From contig CAXXGJ010000025.1 of NCBI GenBank assembly GCA_963677895.2, forward strand, positions 224,001 through 288,000: a DNA stretch of 64,000 nucleotides, in the 5' to 3' direction. Within the stretch, counting starts at the first letter, position 1; each line of letters opens with the position of its first letter. Position numbers and translations under genes: made by a program. This document shows, one piece after another, positions 58,204 through 64,000 of this stretch. Below the pieces are notes generated by a model that saw nothing but the letters and a program-made list of their open reading frames with translations, was not told where the DNA came from and searched no databases. The DNA is from Treponemataceae bacterium (GTDB taxonomy: Bacteria; Spirochaetota; Spirochaetia; Treponematales; Rectinemataceae).

Positions 58204-60342
58204 ATGAAAACACGTCGTTCAATCCTGTTACTCGTACTGCTCTTCGCCGCCGGGGCTTTCGCCTGGGCGGGAGAGGCTAAAGAAGCGGACCTGACGTCGC
58301 AGATGACCATCCTCGTGCTCCAGCTCGCGGTCGTTCTGTTCGCGGTGCGGGGAGGCGGAGCCCTCGCCCAGCTGCTCAAGCTGCCCTCGGTCATAGGGGA
58401 ACTCCTGGCCGGTGTCCTCATTGGACCCTACGCGCTCGGCGCCCTTCCCCTGCCCGGCTTCATCGATGGGCTCTTCCCGCTTCCGTCGGGATTCGCCATC
58501 AGTCCCGTGCTCTACGCTTTTTCCACCGTGGCATCCATCATTCTGCTCTTCTCGTCCGGCCTTGAGACGGACATAGACATGCTCCTGCACTACTCGCTCG
58601 CGGGCGGCATCGTGGGCCTGGGCGGCGTCATCGCCTCCTTCGGCTTCGGGGCCGGCGTGGGCGCCCTCCTCCTGCATCAGTCCTTCTTCTCGCCGGCCGC
58701 CATGTTTCTCGGCATCATGAGCACGGCCACCTCGGTGGGCATAACGGCGAGGATCCTATCCGACAGGAAAAAAATGGATTCGCCCGAGGGCGTGACGATT
58801 CTCGCGGCCGCTGTCTTCGATGACGTCCTCGGCATCGTATGCCTGGCCGTCGTGATGGGCATCGTCGCGGCGATGACGGGTCACGCGGAGGGAGGACTTT
58901 CCACGATGAGCATCGTGGGCATCGCGCTCAAGGCCTTCGGAATTTGGCTGGGATTCACCGCCCTCGGTCTCGTCTTCGGCAAGAAAATCTCCGGTCTCCT
59001 CAAAAAACTGGGCGGCCAGGCTTCCTATTCGGTGCTCGCCCTGGGCATAGCCCTCCTCCTCGCGGGATTCTTCGAGACCCAGGGACTCGCGATGATCATC
59101 GGCGCCTACATCGTCGGCATCAGCCTCTCGAAGACGGACATCGCCTATCTCATCCAGGACAAGACGAAGCCGCTCTACGACTTCTTCGTCCCCATATTCT
59201 TCGCCATCATGGGCATGCTCGTCGATGTCAGGCAGATCCTCAATCCATCCGTCCTCGTCTTCGGACTCGCCTACACGCTGGCCGCCGTCCTCGCGAAGGT
59301 CCTCGGCTGCGGCCTTCCCGCCCTCTTCCTCGGCTTCAACCCGAGAGGCTCGCTGCGCATCGGCATCGGCATGGTGCCCCGCGGCGAAGTGGCGCTCATC
59401 GTCGCCGGCATAGGCCTTTCGGGCGGCATCCTCGATCCCTCGATGTTCGGGGTGGCCATCCTCATGATCATGGTCACGAGCATCGTGGCGCCTCCCCTGT
59501 TCAGCGCGACCATCTCCAGCGGAGGGGCCGGGACGCGCAAGCCGGCCAAGGGTTCCAAGACCGAATCCATCAGCATCCAGCTTCCCGGCAATGAAATCAC
59601 CGAGCTGGTGTCTTCAACCTTCCTCAGGGACCTGCAGCGCGAGGGTTTCTTCGTCCAGCTCATGAGCATCAGGGACGAGATCAGCCACATCCGCAAGGGC
59701 GATGTTTCCATATCCCTCGTGACGAACAAAAACGAAATAACCCTCGAAACGGCGCCCGAGGACATGTCCTTCGCCAAGGCCGCCCTCTACGAAACCCTTG
59801 TGAAGCTGGACGCCAATTTCGACAAGCTCAAGGAAATCTACGATCCGGAAAAATTCCGCACCGACATCCATGTCGAATCCGGACGCAAGGACACGACATT
59901 CAGACGCCTTCTCAACCCCCGCTGCGTGACGGCCTCGCTCAAGGGGACTACCAAGCAGGAAGTGATCGAGGAATTGATTGGGATGCTGGACATGGCCGGC
60001 TATATCAAGGACCGGAACATGATCCTGGCTGATATCATGGAGCGCGAGGGCAGGATGAGCACCGGCATGGAACACGGCATAGCCCTGCCCCATGCGAGGA
60101 CCTACGGCATCAAGGCGCAGACGCTGGCTATCGGAATCCACAAGGAAGGCATCGACTTCGGCACGATAGACGGCACGCCCGGAAGGATCATCGCCCTGAT
60201 CGCCAGCCCCGCCGACGACGAGGCGCCGCACATGCAGATTCTGGCCAGCCTGGGCGCGGTGCTGGGCGACGACGACACGAGGCGCCGCCTCATAGCCGCC
60301 GAGACCGACCAGGAAGTTTTCAAGATCCTGACTACCGGCTGA
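58204..60342 (+). CDS. CPA2 cation:proton antiporter fused to a PTS EIIA (fructose/Ntr-like) domain
   Basis: PSVIGELLAGVLIGP, ATSVGITAR, AAVFDD, GMVPRGEV; C-terminal REGRMSTGMEHGIALPHAR. Confidence 0.9.
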   Translation: MKTRRSILLLVLLFAAGAFAWAGEAKEADLTSQMTILVLQLAVVLFAVRGGGALAQLLKLPSVIGELLAGVLIGPYALGALPLPGFIDGLFPLPSGFAISPVLYAFSTVASIILLFSSGLETDIDMLLHYSLAGGIVGLGGVIASFGFGAGVGALLLHQSFFSPAAMFLGIMSTATSVGITARILSDRKKMDSPEGVTILAAAVFDDVLGIVCLAVVMGIVAAMTGHAEGGLSTMSIVGIALKAFGIWLGFTALGLVFGKKISGLLKKLGGQASYSVLALGIALLLAGFFETQGLAMIIGAYIVGISLSKTDIAYLIQDKTKPLYDFFVPIFFAIMGMLVDVRQILNPSVLVFGLAYTLAAVLAKVLGCGLPALFLGFNPRGSLRIGIGMVPRGEVALIVAGIGLSGGILDPSMFGVAILMIMVTSIVAPPLFSATISSGGAGTRKPAKGSKTESISIQLPGNEITELVSSTFLRDLQREGFFVQLMSIRDEISHIRKGDVSISLVTNKNEITLETAPEDMSFAKAALYETLVKLDANFDKLKEIYDPEKFRTDIHVESGRKDTTFRRLLNPRCVTASLKGTTKQEVIEELIGMLDMAGYIKDRNMILADIMEREGRMSTGMEHGIALPHARTYGIKAQTLAIGIHKEGIDFGTIDGTPGRIIALIASPADDEAPHMQILASLGAVLGDDDTRRRLIAAETDQEVFKILTTG

Positions 60343-61210
60343 AATCCTTTTTCGAGGTCGCCAGATAGACACCAGCTATCGCCGCAACCCCTCCCGCCAG
60401 CTGGAGGGGGGCGAGCCGCTCGCCCAGGATGAAAAATGAGGCGACGACGGACACGACGGGGACGAGGTTGACGAAAACGCTCGAGCGGCTCGTCCCCAGC
60501 TCGTCCAGCACGATGACATAAAGCCAGTAGCCGACAGCCGAGGCGAGGACGCCGAGAAAAAGCACATTCATCACCAGGGGGAATGTAAGCCGCAGGTCGC
60601 TTGGCCCCTCCACCAGGACGAAGGGAACGCAGCCCACCATCCCGAAGAATATCTGCCAGAATGTGATCGAAAGAAGCGAGTATTTTCCGGCTATCGGCTT
60701 GGTGACGAAGGTGTAGGCCACCCATGATACGGCGGCCCCGACCATGAAAAAGTATCCATCGGGCGAAGATCGCGCCGCTTCGGAACGGAAGACGATCAGG
60801 GCGACGCCCACGAAAGACAGCACTATCCCGGCCGACACGGCAAAAGTGATCTTCCTGCGGAAAAACACCATGTCGACGAGCAGGGTGAGGATGGGAATCG
60901 TGCCCACGATGATGGACGATTCGGAGGCCGAGAGCCTCATGATCCCGTTGTTTTCAAAAAAGAAATAGAGCGAGATGCCCACGAAGCCGCTGGCGGCGAT
61001 CAGCGGAAGGTCCTTCCAGCGGATGGTGAGCGTCGTTTTCGTCATCCATGCTATCGGCGGCAGCAGGAGCGTGGCGATGATGAAGCGAAGGAGGGCCAGA
61101 GTCATCGGCCTGACCTCGTCGACGATCACTTTCGTCGACAGAAAAGTCAAACCCCATATGACTGCCACGGCGACGCCGGCCAGAGGGGCAAGAGAGCTTT
61201 TTTTCTTCAT
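60332..61210 (-). CDS. DMT/EamA-family transporter
   Basis: IWGLTF..LLRF, two EamA repeats, NLVPVVSV..LGE. Confidence 0.92.
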   Translation of the reverse strand: MKKKSSLAPLAGVAVAVIWGLTFLSTKVIVDEVRPMTLALLRFIIATLLLPPIAWMTKTTLTIRWKDLPLIAASGFVGISLYFFFENNGIMRLSASESSIIVGTIPILTLLVDMVFFRRKITFAVSAGIVLSFVGVALIVFRSEAARSSPDGYFFMVGAAVSWVAYTFVTKPIAGKYSLLSITFWQIFFGMVGCVPFVLVEGPSDLRLTFPLVMNVLFLGVLASAVGYWLYVIVLDELGTSRSSVFVNLVPVVSVVASFFILGERLAPLQLAGGVAAIAGVYLATSKKDFSR

Positions 61211-61305
61211 TGCGCTACTGTATACCCTTGGGAACAGGGTCTGTCCATACCTCAATCAGGCGATCCATCCTGTCCGCGGCGACGCTTTCATGCTATAATT
61301 TTTCT

Positions 61306-62922
61306 ATGGATGAAGTACGACTGGACGGCTGTTCCCTCACCCTCGAGCAACTTGTGGCAATCTCCCGCGACGGCGCGAAAGTGCGTCTCGACGAAGACGC
61401 GATAGTCCGGATGCAGGCATCGCGGGCGGTCGTGGAGCGCTGCGTCGAAGAGCAGCTCGTGCGCTACGGCATCACCACCGGATTCGGCAAATTCTGCAAT
61501 GTGGTCATTTCCAAAGAAGACAATACGATTCTCCAGAAAAACCTGATCATGAGCCATGCCTGCGGCCAGGGACAGCCCCTGCCCAAAGAGACGGTAAGGG
61601 CGATGATGACGCTCAGAGCCAATGCCTTGGCCGTCGGCAATTCCGGCATAAGGCCCAAGGTGGTGCGGCATCTCATCGACATGATCAATGCCGACATCGT
61701 TCCCGTGGTGCCGGAAAAAGGCTCGCTCGGCGCTTCGGGCGACCTCGCTCCTCTCGCGCACATGGCGCTCGTCATCATCGGGATGGGCGAAGCTTTTTAC
61801 AAAGGCGAACGCATGCCCGGCCTCAAGGCGCTGGCCCTCGGTGGCCTCCATCCCGTAAGCCTTGAAGCCAAGGAAGGTTTGGCGCTGATAAACGGCACCC
61901 AGGCCATGACGGCCGTGGGCGCGCTGGCCGTCTACGACGCGGTCAATCTGTACAAAACCGCTTCCATCGCGTCGGCGCTCAGTTTCCAGGCCCTCAGGGG
62001 CATCGTCGACGCCTTTGACCCGCGCATCCACGAGTTGAGGCGCCAGAACGGGCAGAAAACCTGCGCCGCGGACATGAGGCGCCTTGTCGAAGCATCGGCC
62101 CTGACCACGAGGCAGGGTGAGCAGCGCGTCCAGGACGCCTACGTCCTGCGCTGCATACCGCAGGTCCATGGCGCCAGCCTCGACGCCATCGGCTACGTGC
62201 GGAACATCGTCGAGAACGAACTCAACGCCGTCACGGACAACCCGCTTATTTTCCCCAACGTGGTCAAGGGTCCCGAAAAATCGGCCCCGGGGAAGGAAAA
62301 GGGTCCGGGCGCCGAGGTGGCCGGGACGGCCGAGGCGGGCGATCCCGGCGACATCATCTCCGGCGGCAACTTCCACGGCCAGCCCATCGCCCTCGCCATG
62401 GATTTCCTCGCCATCGCCTGCGCCGAACTGGCCAATATCGGCGAGCGGCGTATCGAACGTCTCGTCAATCCGGCGCTTTCCGAGGGCTTGCCTGCCTTTC
62501 TCACGACATCGGGCGGCATCAATTCCGGTTTCATGATAGTCCAGTACGCGGCAGCCGCCCTCGTATCGGAAAACAAGGTCCTCGCCCATCCAGCCAGCGT
62601 CGACTCCATTCCCTCCAGCGCCAACCAGGAAGACCACGTCTCGATGGGGACGATAGCCGCGCGCAAGGCGGACGCCATCGTGGAGAATGCCCAACGCGTG
62701 ATCGCCATGGAACTGGCGACGGCCTGCCAGGCCCTCGACCTGCGCGCCATCCAGATGGGCATCCCGACGATCGAGCCCCTGCTCTCCCCCAGAACGGCCG
62801 GCGCCTACGCCGTGATCCGCTCCGCGGTCTCGCGCCTCGACGGCGACAGAGTGATGTACCCCGACCTTGACGCGATCTATACCCTCGTCGCCGACGGCAT
62901 CATCGCCGAGTGCTTCGAATAG
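61306..62922 (+). CDS. hutH: Histidine ammonia-lyase
   Basis: YGITTGFG, LIMSHACG, GSLGASGDLAPL (MIO), QDAYVLRCIPQVHG, GGNFHG, NQEDHVSMG; start MDEVRL. Confidence 0.95.
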   Translation: MDEVRLDGCSLTLEQLVAISRDGAKVRLDEDAIVRMQASRAVVERCVEEQLVRYGITTGFGKFCNVVISKEDNTILQKNLIMSHACGQGQPLPKETVRAMMTLRANALAVGNSGIRPKVVRHLIDMINADIVPVVPEKGSLGASGDLAPLAHMALVIIGMGEAFYKGERMPGLKALALGGLHPVSLEAKEGLALINGTQAMTAVGALAVYDAVNLYKTASIASALSFQALRGIVDAFDPRIHELRRQNGQKTCAADMRRLVEASALTTRQGEQRVQDAYVLRCIPQVHGASLDAIGYVRNIVENELNAVTDNPLIFPNVVKGPEKSAPGKEKGPGAEVAGTAEAGDPGDIISGGNFHGQPIALAMDFLAIACAELANIGERRIERLVNPALSEGLPAFLTTSGGINSGFMIVQYAAAALVSENKVLAHPASVDSIPSSANQEDHVSMGTIAARKADAIVENAQRVIAMELATACQALDLRAIQMGIPTIEPLLSPRTAGAYAVIRSAVSRLDGDRVMYPDLDAIYTLVADGIIAECFE

Positions 62923-63018
62923 CGCTCCCTCTCCCTTCAATTTTGAAAAGCCTCACCAGTAGCACTAAATTTTGATATACGTTATTCTTTTTGCACTCTT
63001 GCCTTCGGGAGGATCAAA

Positions 63019-64000
63019 GTGGCAGTGAAAAGGGATTTTGGACTTCGCCTCAACAGGCTTTCGCCGCAGGAACGGGGAAAACTTATTTCCTATATAAATA
63101 TCAAGCTTTCCAGCCTCGGGCTTCCCGTCTATTCCAAGGAAGGCACGGGTTTCGTGGAACTGGCCTCTGACATGCTCGAGAGCTTCAGGCAGAAGGACAA
63201 GCTGCTGGCCGGCTATCTTTCCCCCGTGGACAGGAGAATTCAAGACTTCCTGGATTCCTATCTGGGAGACCTGGGATTGGCCAGGATTCCGACCCTGCCT
63301 TCCATGACGCTCGTCCTGGACCGCTACGGCATGTCGAGGGAGATTTCCCTCCCCCCCGGCGGGCATAAGCATGTATCGCCCACGCTGACCTCCTATCGGG
63401 TGCGCAACGGCGTGCTCCACAACCCGGCCAACGACAAACGCACCACTGAAGGCGTCTTCCATATCGCTGAAGGCGGTCTGCCGGTTCCTCCCGACAAAAA
63501 AGCCGTTCCCAAGATCGTCTTCGCCCGCCTCCTCGAAGCGGCCTTCAACCCGCCGGCCGAAATGCTCGAACTTCCCTTTACCGCGGATGAAAGCGAAAAG
63601 GCCAGGACGATGATTTCCCTGCTGATGCGCCCCGTGGTCCGGCCCGAAGTCCATGGCTACTGCGAAGAACGCTCGATGGAAGTGCGCTTTTTCGCTCCCG
63701 GCTCCCTGGCCGCCAGCCTCGATTTCGTCGAGAGTATTTTCGGCAATTCCGGCGACCCCCTGATCCCCGACAACGACGCCGCCCTCGATCCCCTGCGCTG
63801 GAGCGGAACCACGGGCTGCGTCATCCTCGCCACCCATCTCACTACCCTCCTGAAGAAGGACCTCGGACTTCCCCATTACGACAAGGCCACGGAACGCCAG
63901 AGGCGCGACGGCATGTGCTGGAACGAACCGACGGAACGATACAACGACGGCAAACCCTTCAAGATCTGCGCCCGCGACGCAAGGGGCGTGATAGTATCCA
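63019..64000 (+). CDS. PPi-dependent phosphoenolpyruvate carboxykinase, N-terminal part; runs off the right edge
   Basis: Manual translation from GTG 63019 (SD GGAGG) is open to the window end: YINIKL..PVDRRIQDFL..GVLHNPANDKRTTEGVFHIAEGGLPVPPDK..MEVRFFAPGSL..LDFVESIFGNSGDP..ATERQRRDGMCW. These motifs match my recollection of the Entamoeba/Propionibacterium enzyme. Confidence 0.85.
   Translation, partial: MAVKRDFGLRLNRLSPQERGKLISYINIKLSSLGLPVYSKEGTGFVELASDMLESFRQKDKLLAGYLSPVDRRIQDFLDSYLGDLGLARIPTLPSMTLVLDRYGMSREISLPPGGHKHVSPTLTSYRVRNGVLHNPANDKRTTEGVFHIAEGGLPVPPDKKAVPKIVFARLLEAAFNPPAEMLELPFTADESEKARTMISLLMRPVVRPEVHGYCEERSMEVRFFAPGSLAASLDFVESIFGNSGDPLIPDNDAALDPLRWSGTTGCVILATHLTTLLKKDLGLPHYDKATERQRRDGMCWNEPTERYNDGKPFKICARDARGVIVS

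Noticed and set aside
62965..63876. 303-aa minus-strand ORF
   Set aside because: Antisense to the PPi-PEPCK frame, which has the conserved motifs and an SD.
1..64000. tRNA, rRNA, prophage, integrase or known anti-phage defence genes
   Set aside because: None recognised by eye; intergenic gaps are short. tRNAscan-SE, Infernal and DefenseFinder would be needed to exclude them formally.

Overview
A GC-rich, gene-dense chromosomal segment, most likely from an anaerobic free-living spirochete. This is inferred from a SpiroCoCo-type coiled-coil gene, a spirochete-like bS21, def-fmt-PASTA synteny and spirochete-style lipoboxes. It holds about 58 CDS: housekeeping genes (priA, udg, def, fmt, rpsU, deoD, two RluA, mazG, yhbY, yggT), fermentative energy metabolism (ackA, NfnAB, PFOR nifJ, and a PPi-dependent PEP carboxykinase that runs off the right edge and is missing from the ORF track), an RND pump with a divergent two-component system, two ABC importers, several amidohydrolases, a Phd-RelE toxin-antitoxin pair and a porin-like outer membrane protein. 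I saw no rRNA, tRNA, CRISPR array, transposase or integrase. The best candidate for an undescribed system is a membrane-anchored LuxR regulator that shares a perfect 16-bp palindrome with a divergent, orphan-terminated ~120-nt RNA (49367-50364). Other notable signals are a window-wide TAnnnT-N6-start (leaderless mRNA) pattern, a probable ATC start codon for rpsU, a secreted L,D-transpeptidase/Tlde1-like gene paired with a lipoprotein, and a structured nifJ leader. Family calls come from motif recognition only; no database searches were run.
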